A stretch of 64,000 nt of DNA from Promethearchaeota archaeon (GCA_048938105.1 JBHLMN010000001.1:128001-192000); one strand, 5' to 3'; counted from the stretch's first letter, positions 28,983-39,578 are shown. Translations and numbers: made by a program. The notes: generated by a model not told the origin, from the letters alone.

Positions 28983-29951
28983 TTATTTTGTTACTGTTTC
29001 TTGCAGCCTTACTATTTCATCATATAGATTCTGGTTCCCTTTAAAATGCAATTGCCTCTTAATTTGTTTTCGGGACATAGAAAGTAAGTTAGAAACAGCT
29101 TGTTTTATCTGTCTTATACTCATTCCTTCTAAAACGCCTCCAAATATTCCATGTCCTCTTTTTTCAAAGTCAATACCAATCTCAATTTGATGTTCTATCA
29201 TAGCAAACATCAAAACAGGAATTCCTAAGGCTGCAAATTCATATTTTGTCACCCCTGCACTTGAAATTCCCCATTCTGCATCCTTAATTACATCCAATAG
29301 TAACTTCATTTCTTTGTAGATGATTGTTTTTGGTCCCTTATAGTTCCTAATAGTTGAATCATAGTTATCCGTTACTACTAGCGCGATTTTCTTTACTAGT
29401 TCACTTTCTTCACACAATTCTAATAGATTCAGAATGTGTTTGTCACCCTCACTATATCCTCCTAGAAAGATCGCTAGCTTTCCCTCTTCGATATAAGTGC
29501 CTGGTGAAAAATAATCTGGATGTAGAATAACGTTTTCCCCTCCCAGCAATAGTTTAACCTCTTTAAGAGTCTTGTTTAGATAACAACTAGAGTATTTTTC
29601 ACTACCAAAATTTGGATTGATAATAATATCTGCTGAATAATGAGGTAAATGGCAAAAATCATCAATACGAATATGAAAAGCTTTCTCAAACTGAAAGTCT
29701 GGAATAATATATGAATCGATTATTACAGTATTTCCCAATAAATCATAGTCTCCCAGATTTAATTGATTTAAATCGAAAAAGGAAATTTTATCGTTTTTTA
29801 CAATTTTACGAATAGAGGAGTCATCGTTAACTAGAAAATGAGAATCAAAACCCTTTTTTTCGAAGAAGCAATATAGATTCTTTAATCGTGATATATGACC
29901 GAAACCTATTTTTTCCCCTCCCGTTCCTATGAGAACGAGTTTATTCTCCAT
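28983..29951 (-). CDS. pseG: PseG/SpsG-like UDP-diacetamido-trideoxyhexose hydrolase
   Basis: IGFGHISR with catalytic-position His, IIDSY, IDD, SAGVTKYE...GIP...HQ; adjacent to the synthase. Confidence 0.75.
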   Translation of the reverse strand: MENKLVLIGTGGEKIGFGHISRLKNLYCFFEKKGFDSHFLVNDDSSIRKIVKNDKISFFDLNQLNLGDYDLLGNTVIIDSYIIPDFQFEKAFHIRIDDFCHLPHYSADIIINPNFGSEKYSSCYLNKTLKEVKLLLGGENVILHPDYFSPGTYIEEGKLAIFLGGYSEGDKHILNLLELCEESELVKKIALVVTDNYDSTIRNYKGPKTIIYKEMKLLLDVIKDAEWGISSAGVTKYEFAALGIPVLMFAMIEHQIEIGIDFEKRGHGIFGGVLEGMSIRQIKQAVSNLLSMSRKQIKRQLHFKGNQNLYDEIVRLQETVTK

Positions 29952-29979
29952 AACCTCTCACTAGATTTGAATTTTAAAG

Positions 29980-31047
29980 CTAGCCAGAAATCATATCCCA
30001 GCTAAGTGGAGTTCCTTTTGAAATATCTTTAGTAGCTCTACTCTTAAGCACTATATCCCAATAACGAGGACTTAATCCGAAAGCAGGTCTGATAATCTTA
30101 ACGTTTTCTTGGTTGAATTTATCACCTGCAGAAATATCTTTTATGGTAAAGATTGATCTTCGAAAAGTGAGATTTTTCTTCTCATCTTCACCTCGGCCTG
30201 TTAATAGTGTATCTCCTAATGCCTGCTCTACATTTCGAATCATTTTAATTAACAAAGTCAATTCATGTGGTTCAATAGAAAAAAAGGAATCAGGACCTTT
30301 TATACTTCTATCCAAAGTGAAATGCTTTTCTATGACACATGCCCCAAGAGCCACACTCGCAATTGCAATTTCATTTCCTAAGAAATGATCTGATAACCCA
30401 ATTGGAACGTTAAATATTTGTTTTAAGCGTGTAATCGTTTGAATATTCATCTCAGATGAAGACGCAGGGTAAGAGCTTGTACAGTGTAAAAGAACAAGCT
30501 CGTTACCGTTTTTCTTTATGATTTGAACCGCCTCATCTATTTCTGCTAAAGAAGCCATGCCCGTAGACATCATTATAGGTTTACCTGTCTTTGTGATTTT
30601 TCTTATCAAAGGTAAATCTGTTATTTCAAACGAAGCAATTTTATATGCAACTATATCTAAACTTTCAAGAAAATCAACTGCTGTGTGATCAAAAGGTGAT
30701 GAAAAAACTGTAATCCCCAGTTTTTTACCGATTTTCACTAATTCTTCCTGCCATTCCCAAGGCATATAAGCCTCCTCATATAATTCATACAGAGTCTTTC
30801 CTGCCCAAGCACTATCACTTTGAATTTGAAAGTATTCATTATTGAGATTTAAGGTCATTGTATCAGGTGTATAGGTCTGTAATTTAACAGCATCAGCTCC
30901 AGAATCTTTAGCACTATGAATCAATCGTTTTGCTATATTAAGGTCACGATTATGATTAGCTGATAATTCTGCTACAATATAAGTAGGATTTCCCTTACCA
31001 ATTTTTCGATCGTTGATAGTGATCTCTTTAAACGACATGATTATCAT
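29980..31047 (-). CDS. pseI: Pseudaminic acid synthase (NeuB family, PseI-type) with SAF domain
   Basis: AELSANHN, KLQTYTPDT, KIASFE, LHCTSSYP, GLSDH, EKHFT, FRRS, IRPAFGL. Confidence 0.9.
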   Translation of the reverse strand: MIIMSFKEITINDRKIGKGNPTYIVAELSANHNRDLNIAKRLIHSAKDSGADAVKLQTYTPDTMTLNLNNEYFQIQSDSAWAGKTLYELYEEAYMPWEWQEELVKIGKKLGITVFSSPFDHTAVDFLESLDIVAYKIASFEITDLPLIRKITKTGKPIMMSTGMASLAEIDEAVQIIKKNGNELVLLHCTSSYPASSSEMNIQTITRLKQIFNVPIGLSDHFLGNEIAIASVALGACVIEKHFTLDRSIKGPDSFFSIEPHELTLLIKMIRNVEQALGDTLLTGRGEDEKKNLTFRRSIFTIKDISAGDKFNQENVKIIRPAFGLSPRYWDIVLKSRATKDISKGTPLSWDMISG

Positions 31048-31245
31048 CCAGCTATTATAATGGCATGAATAGAAAGAATCAGAATGAATTTCTCCTATAA
31101 GTTACAATAAAGATTTCAATTTGATTTTTTATATTTTATGAATAATCTTCAAATTGTTATCAACACTGATAACATTAGCTAAAGTTTAAGTATTACCATA
31201 AAGCTGGATAATCAATTATAAAACATTGTTTCTTATGTTCTAACA

Positions 31246-31986
31246 TTATAAATCTAATCGGATTATTTTCCAACTCATTACTACGGCCCCGCTAATCTGT
31301 AGTCTTCTCCCATTATCCAGAAGTACTGTATATGTACCCATTTGATTAGGAGGAGGTTTGGGAATATCAATTCCAATCTCAAAATCCCATACTTTTAAAT
31401 TCTTAATGCCTAAATTATAGACATATTTCCTAAATTGTGGTAAGCTATACACATTATAATAAGCATTGAAACCTTTTTTTCCAGATTCTTTTTGGAACTC
31501 TCTTATTTTAATCTCAAAATCAATGTCACCATCATAAAAAAGAGAACTTATGAAAATATGCTTTTTTGTTATTGCAATAAGAGTAGTTACCATTTCGTCA
31601 TAATAAGGAAGCCATGTGATGGTTTTCCATGAGATAGAAATATCAAAAAATTTTGAATAATCTAAAGGAAGGTCGTAAACGTCTCTAATTTCAAAAGATA
31701 CATTTCTTTTCTTTTTATTGAGTATTCTTGCTTCCTCAATCAGGTAAGGAACTTTATCAACACCTAAAAAGGATGATTGAGGGCTAAGATCTGATAAAAA
31801 ATAGAGAAGATGGCCAATTCCACAACAAGCATCAAGTATTTTTAATTTCGGTTCCTTCAATTTCGGTTCGATTAAATTCATCAAGAATTTGTCGATTTCT
31901 TGTGGCTGATCAACATATTTTCTCATTGAATTAATTATGAACTTCTTATCCTTTTCACCCTTAACATATGAATAATTTCTTGCCAT
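31246..31986 (-). CDS. Class I SAM-dependent methyltransferase
   Basis: ILDACCGIG motif I and GVD motif II. Confidence 0.85.
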   Translation of the reverse strand: MARNYSYVKGEKDKKFIINSMRKYVDQPQEIDKFLMNLIEPKLKEPKLKILDACCGIGHLLYFLSDLSPQSSFLGVDKVPYLIEEARILNKKKRNVSFEIRDVYDLPLDYSKFFDISISWKTITWLPYYDEMVTTLIAITKKHIFISSLFYDGDIDFEIKIREFQKESGKKGFNAYYNVYSLPQFRKYVYNLGIKNLKVWDFEIGIDIPKPPPNQMGTYTVLLDNGRRLQISGAVVMSWKIIRLDL

Positions 31987-32160
31987 CTATAATTCCTTCA
32001 AAGAATCCAAGACTTTATAATTGAGAAAAAAGAGAATTTTATTACATTTCTAAGTATAAAAATCAGATCTCTCTGTTAATATCATGTATAGGAAGAAACA
32101 TTAAAGAATTCATTCTTATTTTTCTTAAAGAACCTTTAATGAATAAATTTTTCTATTTCT

Positions 32161-33105
32161 GTGATCGAAATGAGTCTTAAGCCTAGGATTTCGAGACTAA
32201 CTCTAGGAACTGCTCAAATTGGTTTTAAATATGGAATTTCAAATAAAGAAGGTAAAATTCCTACTAATAAAGCGAAAGAAATCCTCAGGACAGCTATAAC
32301 AAATGGTATTACATGTTTTGATACAGCCCCAAGCTATGGGGAAAGTGAAAGAATCTTAGGTGAATTTTTTTCCTCAAATGATCAATTTCAATTACCAATA
32401 ATAGTTACGAAACTTCCCCAAGTAATTATTCAAGATAAATTCAAAGAGAAACTTGTATATAACAATGTTAAGAAGCAATTACTATCGTCTACACAAAAAC
32501 TTAGATTGAATAAAATTCCAGTCTATCTAATACATCATCCATCAAATATTACAGATTATAAGGGACAAATTATTGATGCTTTAGTGAGACTAAGGGAGGA
32601 ACAGCTAGTGGGGAGAATAGGAGCTTCAATTTACACCCCCGATGAAGCTCAAAGTGTACTGGATAATGGAAAATTAACAGCGATCCAACTCCCTTTCAAT
32701 ATATTTGATTTAAGATTCATAACTTCTGGTTTACTAGAAGAATTAGAGAAACAAAGGTTTGTAATCTTTGCTCGGAGCATTTTTCTCCAAGGGTTATTTT
32801 TCCTAAATCCAGAAAAGCTACCTAAAGGATTAAAAACTGCTCAAAAACCTCTAAATAGGCTTAACGAGATCGCTTTAAGTGAAAATTATTCCATTGCCGA
32901 ATTAGCATTACTTTTCGTTAAAGAACAAACGGAAATAACCAGTGTGGTTATTGGGGCTGAAACCCAAGACCAAATTTTAGAAAACATAAAAATTTTCACG
33001 TCGCCGAACTCACTATCCTTAAATTTGAAGAGTGAAATTATGTCTACTTTTGTAGATTTACCAGAGAACCTTATCGAACCAAGACTATGGAAATTAACTC
33101 TGTAG
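32161..33105 (+). CDS. Aldo/keto reductase
   Basis: LGTAQIG, FDTAPSYGESE, VTK, LIH, IGASIY, QLPFN, RSIFLQG; D-Y-K-H tetrad present. Confidence 0.9.
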   Translation: MIEMSLKPRISRLTLGTAQIGFKYGISNKEGKIPTNKAKEILRTAITNGITCFDTAPSYGESERILGEFFSSNDQFQLPIIVTKLPQVIIQDKFKEKLVYNNVKKQLLSSTQKLRLNKIPVYLIHHPSNITDYKGQIIDALVRLREEQLVGRIGASIYTPDEAQSVLDNGKLTAIQLPFNIFDLRFITSGLLEELEKQRFVIFARSIFLQGLFFLNPEKLPKGLKTAQKPLNRLNEIALSENYSIAELALLFVKEQTEITSVVIGAETQDQILENIKIFTSPNSLSLNLKSEIMSTFVDLPENLIEPRLWKLTL

Positions 33106-33176
33106 ATGATTGATATTCGATTTTAGATTTTGTGACTAGACCAAATTTATCGAAGGATTTGTGAATATTTCAAGTT

Positions 33177-33974
33177 TTAATGGACTCTCCTTTCTTCATC
33201 TTCTTGAATTTGCTTTAGGAACTTCCAATTCCTTTTGCTGTCCGAATTGATAGCCATTATATGAGGATTTTTAATTAAAAAGTCAAGAATATCCTTCATA
33301 TGAAAAGTTTGTTCTCCCTTTTCAAAGAAATGATTGTAAACCGCTTTTATAAATTCAAAATCTTCAGGAGTGTCTAAAGTCCAACGATGATATGAATAAT
33401 CAACATCATTCCTTAAACTGGCTAGTCTAAATAAGTTTGGATTTTTGTAAATATATGGAGAAACGTGTTCCCTTTCATAGCCTTTCTTTGCTTCTCCCCA
33501 GGCTTTTTTCAGCGTTCTAAAGGGAATTAATTCCACATCTAATCCATCAGGCAAAGTTGGCTCCAAACAGTTACTAAAATAGTCATATTCATTTTTATGA
33601 TCTAAATAAAACTGAATCAGCTTATCGATCCATTGAGAATCAATTAAAGGGCAATCTGAAGTTAATCTAATGATTGCTTCAGGAGTGTAAAGTTTCGCAC
33701 ACTGATAAAATCTATCTAATACATCTTCTTCATTTCCTTGGTAAGAATCTACATCAAGCTTATCACACAAATTTATAATTGGTAGATCTTGTTTATTTGT
33801 AGTTGTGGCAACAACAACCTTACGCAAGAGTTTACAAGGCGTTACACGATTTATCATTAATTCCAGTATTGTAATTCCGTTAATAGTTTTCATTACTTTG
33901 TTTGGTAATCGAGTAGATCCAGTTCGAGCCTGAATAATTGCAATAATATTGTTATTCGATTTCAAATATTTCAC
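33177..33974 (-). CDS. SpsF-type cytidylyltransferase (probable CMP-nonulosonate synthetase)
   Basis: IIQARTGSTRLPNKV, EEDVLDRF, RLTSDCP, EHV and RWTLDTPED motifs. Confidence 0.88.
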   Translation of the reverse strand: MKYLKSNNNIIAIIQARTGSTRLPNKVMKTINGITILELMINRVTPCKLLRKVVVATTTNKQDLPIINLCDKLDVDSYQGNEEDVLDRFYQCAKLYTPEAIIRLTSDCPLIDSQWIDKLIQFYLDHKNEYDYFSNCLEPTLPDGLDVELIPFRTLKKAWGEAKKGYEREHVSPYIYKNPNLFRLASLRNDVDYSYHRWTLDTPEDFEFIKAVYNHFFEKGEQTFHMKDILDFLIKNPHIMAINSDSKRNWKFLKQIQEDEERRVH

Positions 33975-34008
33975 TATTCCCTAAAAATGGAATAAATTAG
34001 AGTCAATT

Positions 34009-35322
34009 TTATGTTAATCTTTGAAATCCACTATGAGCAACAGGACCAGCTAAAAGTTTTCGTACATTATTTTTTTCAATGGCATTAGCAATAATACCAA
34101 ACACTTGATCAACAGATTCAAAATATTTCTCTATAACATCTTCTGTATGCTTCCAGGAAATATAAACTCCATTAGAGGCTAAATATTCATATTTAAGCAT
34201 TTCTTGTGTAAATAATGTCCGAAGCTCCAATGATTTTTCAGCATAATTAAATTCAAAATGAGGAAGGGGAGAGATCCCTGATATCCGTAACTTTAGATCA
34301 TGTTCATTTGCTATATTGACCCATTCATCTTTTATTAATTTCCCCATACTAATTAGATGTGAAGGAACGTCTTTATCTTGCATTTTTTGAATTGTAGCTA
34401 GTGCTGCAGTAGGGCCAATTCTTTCTGTCCAATACGTACTACTAATGAAACTATTTTGAGCTTCATCCATGATTTTTCCTCTCCCCACTACTGCTGCCAT
34501 TGGATAGCCATTACTCATTGCTTTAGCATATACAGCAATATCTGGTTCAATCCCTAAGATTTGATGGGCTCCACCAACATTCAATCGCCATCCTGATGAA
34601 ATCTCATCAATGATATACACAGCTCCAATTTCATTAGCAATTTGTTGAACCTTTTTCAAGAAATTATCCTTGGGGTAATAATTTCGGATTGGCTCCATAA
34701 TTATGACTCCCACTTCGTTGTTTTCAACAATTGTTTCTAGTTCAGTTATCTGATTATAATTAAAAGGAAAAACGGTCCCTTTCAAATTACGAGGTAGTCC
34801 AGCAGGATGAAGCCCTTTAAGTAGATGACCATCTAAGCTTCTTTTATCTGATAAATTTGCAGCTAAATACCAATCTGACCAGCCATGATACCCACAAAAA
34901 GCAACAATATCCTTTTTGCTGTATGCACGAGCTATTCTTATGGCTATTGAGACGGCTTCAGCACCAGTCCTAGCATATCTTACCATTTTTGCCCAAGGAT
35001 TCAATTCTAATAACAATTCAGCTAATTCAACCTCTTCAGGACAATTGAGTGTTGCCATAGTTCCTAAATCAATTGCCTCTTTTACAGCTCGATTGACATC
35101 CTCATCTGCATAGCCTAAATTGCAGGCTCCTATCCCCATTATACACATATCAATAAAGTGATTATCATCTAGATCCCAAACTTCCACCCCTTTACATCTT
35201 TTAAAATAAGAAGGCCAAAGATTTGGTAGGAACATCTCTGCTCTTTTTGATAATAGTTGAGAACCTCCAGGGATAATTTTTTTAGCTCTATTCCACAGAG
35301 TTGGACCTGTTTGAATTTTCAT
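34009..35322 (-). CDS. Class III PLP aminotransferase (glutamate-1-semialdehyde aminomutase-like)
   Basis: IPGG, WDLDDNHFID, GYHGW, IMEP, DEISSGWR, AKAMSNG (PLP Lys), SST. Confidence 0.9.
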   Translation of the reverse strand: MKIQTGPTLWNRAKKIIPGGSQLLSKRAEMFLPNLWPSYFKRCKGVEVWDLDDNHFIDMCIMGIGACNLGYADEDVNRAVKEAIDLGTMATLNCPEEVELAELLLELNPWAKMVRYARTGAEAVSIAIRIARAYSKKDIVAFCGYHGWSDWYLAANLSDKRSLDGHLLKGLHPAGLPRNLKGTVFPFNYNQITELETIVENNEVGVIIMEPIRNYYPKDNFLKKVQQIANEIGAVYIIDEISSGWRLNVGGAHQILGIEPDIAVYAKAMSNGYPMAAVVGRGKIMDEAQNSFISSTYWTERIGPTAALATIQKMQDKDVPSHLISMGKLIKDEWVNIANEHDLKLRISGISPLPHFEFNYAEKSLELRTLFTQEMLKYEYLASNGVYISWKHTEDVIEKYFESVDQVFGIIANAIEKNNVRKLLAGPVAHSGFQRLT

Positions 35323-35607
35323 AATATTTTCTTCTCCAATTTATTCTTTATAAGTTTATCTTTAAATATGTTCTAGGATATTTCTAAAAGTTCTGTTTCG
35401 GAGAATTTCCACTTTAACAACTTATCAAAGAGAAAGAAGAGTAATAATGACAAAAAAGGAGAGAAAAATTGGAAATATCTATTAAAGTAAGATGAACCGC
35501 TAAGGGCTAGGAGAAGGAGATTTCTTTGTATTTTGAAGATTTATAGCGTAAAAACTCAAATATTATATTTTTATTAGTAGAACCTTCCATATACATATTT
35601 GTGATTA

Positions 35608-36933
35608 TCATTCCAAATAATGATAATAACAAGATTCACTATAGACTTTGTTGATTACATCCTCCATATTTTTCACATCTTTTTGTGAAATTCTTTCTGT
35701 ACGACCTATTTTCTGATAATACGTTAATTTTCCTCCATGAATGATTCTTGAAAGTATAGAAATAGTCTTTTTCCCAGGTGTGCTTCCCTTAAGAATCTTA
35801 AAAAAGTCCATAAGATTAATTCGTCTTGTCGTTCTAATTGAGTTCTGATGGTTCTGAATAAATTCATCTATTCCTTTTACACACCTTATAGAAGAAAAGC
35901 CATCGATTTTATAAAACCACTTTGCAACAAATTCTTCCTGTTTTATGGTAATTTCTTCTGTCATTCGTCCCAAACTGAGGCATTTTTCAACTAAAAGGGC
36001 GAATTCATTATAATCTCTTGCTTTTGGTAAAGATTTTACATTTTCGATAATGTATTCCTCATATTCTTCCTCAAACATCAAAGTTATTACTGGTTTCTCC
36101 AAGAATGACGCTTCTGAACTTACTGTGGAATTTGTGTGTAATAATAAATCGATATCATTAAGAATTAGAGAAATATCTAAATTAGTTATCATATAAACAT
36201 TTTTTAATGAAACTAAATCTTCGTATTTTTCTCCTAATTCAAGAGGATGGAGTTTTATTACTAATTGTAAATCAAGATTTTTTGAAAAATACTTTTTTAG
36301 GATATTCAATGTTTTTTCAAATAATTTCCTTTCAATTTCTAGAATTTCGGAATAATTCGGTCCATAATTCTTTTCGAGCATTTTTACGTTTTTATCAAGA
36401 TTAACGAAATTACTTGCAAAAAGTATGACCTTTTTATTAGGATCTAAAGGGATTTTTTGAGAAAGTGTGTTTTGACTTAATAAAATTGAAAGGGGTTCCC
36501 TATAAATATCAAAACGAGGATTTCCACATATTTTTATTTTATCAGGGGAGAGATCTGTATTTTTGATGACAAGCTTTTTAAATTCTGGTCCCCACACAAT
36601 TTTTAAATCATTATAATCCTCAACCTTCATAGTAGGATCGAATTCGAAAAAAGATCTTTCACTATGAGGAGAAACTGTACCTTCTGAATGAATAACACAT
36701 ATTTTTGATCCCATTTTTTTTGCTAGTTGAGCTTTATCCTTTTCTGCGACCACTTGAGGAAATATTGTAAGTTCAGGCTTATGGTAAAAAATATTCCACA
36801 TAGCATTAGTGTGATTTGAATAGAAAACGTCGTAACCTAGATGTTTTAGTAATAATCCCACCTGTACTGCTGGTCTTAAGTCTCTATTCTTCCAGTTGAT
36901 CAATAAAAGGATTTTGACTACTCTTTTTGCCAA
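35608..36933 (-). CDS. Surface carbohydrate biosynthesis protein (GT-B-like; candidate nonulosonate transferase)
   Basis: WKNRDL, HSEG, VWG, GNPRFD, KLHPLE, NSTVSSEA...KPVI. Confidence 0.7.
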   Translation of the reverse strand: MAKRVVKILLLINWKNRDLRPAVQVGLLLKHLGYDVFYSNHTNAMWNIFYHKPELTIFPQVVAEKDKAQLAKKMGSKICVIHSEGTVSPHSERSFFEFDPTMKVEDYNDLKIVWGPEFKKLVIKNTDLSPDKIKICGNPRFDIYREPLSILLSQNTLSQKIPLDPNKKVILFASNFVNLDKNVKMLEKNYGPNYSEILEIERKLFEKTLNILKKYFSKNLDLQLVIKLHPLELGEKYEDLVSLKNVYMITNLDISLILNDIDLLLHTNSTVSSEASFLEKPVITLMFEEEYEEYIIENVKSLPKARDYNEFALLVEKCLSLGRMTEEITIKQEEFVAKWFYKIDGFSSIRCVKGIDEFIQNHQNSIRTTRRINLMDFFKILKGSTPGKKTISILSRIIHGGKLTYYQKIGRTERISQKDVKNMEDVINKVYSESCYYHYLE

Positions 36934-37136
36934 AGTATAAACCCATTACGTTGTTTTATCGGAAAAAAGGATCTAATTTTTAATTTTAAAAGTCTTATTT
37001 CGAAAAGTTAACATAGAATCCCTTCAAGTCTTTTTTAATATAAATTCTTGTGACATAATTCTAAACTCTTAAAAAAAAAACTAAAAAGGAACATCATTAC
37101 CTCGTTCTAAGAGTGAAGAACCCTAGGGAATGAACT

Positions 37137-38333
37137 TTGCAGCTTAAGAGAAAAACTTTTGAATATGGCATTTTGTCAATGGCAATTTCTTGTGTTCTCA
37201 TCTTTATAGTTTTGTTATTAGATGTGATTTCTTATGTTTTTTACATAATGATGAATTTTGATCCCAAAGAAGCGGTTCAAATCATAAGTGCATTAATTGA
37301 GGGAGGGAATTATCTTCAAGTTATCCTCATCCTTATTTGGACATTATTTTTCCTTGGATTATTCCTTGTTTTATTTTCAATGGTGTTAGGTTTCTTTTCA
37401 AATCTCTTTATCAGGAATAAACTCCTCAAAGAGATACCTGAAGACATTACACTAAATCCAAATGATGTTGCAATAGTTATACCTGCTTATAATGAAGAGA
37501 TGACAATTGAAAAGGTAATTCTTGACTGTAAGAAATATTCAGAACATATAATAGTAGTAGATGATGGTTCAACTGATAAAACACCAGAGATACTATCTAA
37601 ATTTTCAGGCATTCATGTATTGACTCATAAGATGAATCAAGGCCTTGGAAAAACAATGAAAGACGGGATTGAATACGCTGCAAATATAAATGTTGAAGTA
37701 ATTGTCACTTTTGACGCTGATGGTCAATATCGAGCAACTGAAATTCCCAAGATTGCTAACCCAGTAATATCGAAGCAAGCTGAACTCGTTTTAGGATCTC
37801 GATTTGCTGGGAAGATAGAAAAAATGCCTTTCAGCAAAAAAATTGGGAATAGACTAATGAGTTTTGCGTTATCTATTATTTTAGGGTTTAAAATTACTGA
37901 TGGTCAAACTGGATTTCGTGGAATATCGAAAAACCTTGCCCAAACATATCGGTTAAGAGGAGAGTATACTTATACACAAGAAATGATTATTCAGGCACGA
38001 TTCTTAAAGAAAGGTATCATTGAAATTCCCATCTTTTTTGATAGACGAATCTCGGGATCATCAAGATTGATCCGATCACCGATAGACTATGCTTGGAAAG
38101 CATGGCTCACCATATTTAGAACATTAAGAGATTTTCAGCCAATCTGGTTTTTTGGAGGGATAGGAATTGTGTCACTGCTATTAGGATTGTTTTTCTTCTC
38201 AATTTCAGCTGTTTCATCTGTATATATTACAATGCCATTCGATATCGCGATTTTTTCTACTATTTTATTATTAGTAGGCATGCAATTCATTTTTTTCGGT
38301 TTTTTAGCTGATGCAAACAGACCTTTAGACTGA
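37137..38333 (+). CDS. GT2 glycosyltransferase, Dol-P-sugar synthase-like, with N- and C-terminal TM pairs
   Basis: IPAYNEE, VDDGSTD, FDADGQ, GSRF, TDGQTGFR. Confidence 0.92.
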   Translation: MQLKRKTFEYGILSMAISCVLIFIVLLLDVISYVFYIMMNFDPKEAVQIISALIEGGNYLQVILILIWTLFFLGLFLVLFSMVLGFFSNLFIRNKLLKEIPEDITLNPNDVAIVIPAYNEEMTIEKVILDCKKYSEHIIVVDDGSTDKTPEILSKFSGIHVLTHKMNQGLGKTMKDGIEYAANINVEVIVTFDADGQYRATEIPKIANPVISKQAELVLGSRFAGKIEKMPFSKKIGNRLMSFALSIILGFKITDGQTGFRGISKNLAQTYRLRGEYTYTQEMIIQARFLKKGIIEIPIFFDRRISGSSRLIRSPIDYAWKAWLTIFRTLRDFQPIWFFGGIGIVSLLLGLFFFSISAVSSVYITMPFDIAIFSTILLLVGMQFIFFGFLADANRPLD

Positions 38334-38416
38334 ACATTTAAATGGATACAACTTTCGAGATAAGAGTCACTTTAATCTAGTACAAAATTAAATGAAACCT
38401 GCTACCTTGAAATGGA

Positions 38417-39571
38417 TTGAATCCGATGATTAATCTTTTATCAATAACATCGACCTTCCCTCGTAATAAACAAGATTCATGGGGTAATTTTATCTTAGAA
38501 TTACTACAAGAGTTTGAAAAAAAATCCATTAAGGTGTTTGTACTAACCCAACGTTATAGAAATGACAAGAAAGACGAGAAATTCGGAAATATTACTGTTA
38601 TACGGTTTCCTTGGCTTCATCCTGCAGAATTCATTCGAATAGTAGATTTTAAAAAAACACCTATGATTCGTCTTTTGACTTATTTTTCTTCTGCAATGGT
38701 TTCTATAAATAAATTAATCAAAAGGGAAAAAATCCAAATTATTCACGCAAATTGGATTATTCCAGCAGGTTTAATTGGATTTTTAGCTAAAATAATTTAC
38801 AAGCGTCCATTGATAATAACGGCTAGAGGATCTGATGTCAATATATGGAGCAAGAAAAGGTTTTTTTCTCCGTTAGTCAGATTCATACTCAAATATTGTG
38901 ATGCAGTTGTAGTTGTAAGCCACGAGCTTTCGAAAAAAATAGAAAAATTCGGTATTAGACCTCAAAAAATCCATATAATTTGGCATGGAGTACATCCGAA
39001 AAAGATAATAATTAAACAAAGATATAAAAAATCTTTGTTATTCGTTGGTGCCCTCAGAGAAGTAAAAGGGCTAACCTATTTAATAAGAGCTTTTAAAATA
39101 GTTAAAGATCACTTTAATGACGTTAGACTAAACATTGTTGGAGATGGGATTTTTCGTGATGAGTTGATTAAAGAAATTAATAACTTAAATTTGTCTTCCC
39201 AGGTCAAGCTACTTGGAAAAATTCCAAACAACCGTGTAATAGAACTTATGGCCGAGTCAGGGATTTTAATTCTACCTTCTATTTCAGAGGGACTCCCACG
39301 TGTTATTATTGAAGCAATGACACAAAAATTACCAGTTATAGCCACAGCAGTTGGAGGAAACATCGAAATCATTGATCCAAATGTAACTGGATTATTAGTT
39401 CAACCAAAAGATGAAAAAAAACTATCTAGAGCAATTATAAACTTGATAAAAGATCCTAATTATGCTGAAATGCTGGCTGAAAATGCATTTCAATTTGCAA
39501 AAGAGCAGTTCAATTGGGAAAATACGGTTAAGAAATACCAGAATGTATTTCGTTTAGTCACAACTCGTTAA
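38417..39571 (+). CDS. GT4 glycosyltransferase
   Basis: HANWIIPAG, RGSDV, VKG, EGLPRVIIEAM. Confidence 0.92.
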   Translation: MNPMINLLSITSTFPRNKQDSWGNFILELLQEFEKKSIKVFVLTQRYRNDKKDEKFGNITVIRFPWLHPAEFIRIVDFKKTPMIRLLTYFSSAMVSINKLIKREKIQIIHANWIIPAGLIGFLAKIIYKRPLIITARGSDVNIWSKKRFFSPLVRFILKYCDAVVVVSHELSKKIEKFGIRPQKIHIIWHGVHPKKIIIKQRYKKSLLFVGALREVKGLTYLIRAFKIVKDHFNDVRLNIVGDGIFRDELIKEINNLNLSSQVKLLGKIPNNRVIELMAESGILILPSISEGLPRVIIEAMTQKLPVIATAVGGNIEIIDPNVTGLLVQPKDEKKLSRAIINLIKDPNYAEMLAENAFQFAKEQFNWENTVKKYQNVFRLVTTR

Positions 39572-39578
39572 ATATCCT

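Noticed and set aside
34009-35322. Heme biosynthesis (hemL, with hemE at 12820)
   Set aside because: The GSA-like gene sits next to an SpsF-type cytidylyltransferase in the sugar locus, and no other tetrapyrrole genes are present.
37071-37080. A10 tracts (also 50259-50268) as phase-variation switches upstream of GT2 genes
   Set aside because: Intergenic A9-A10 runs recur in this AT-rich window and none lies in a coding frame; no evidence of variability without reads.
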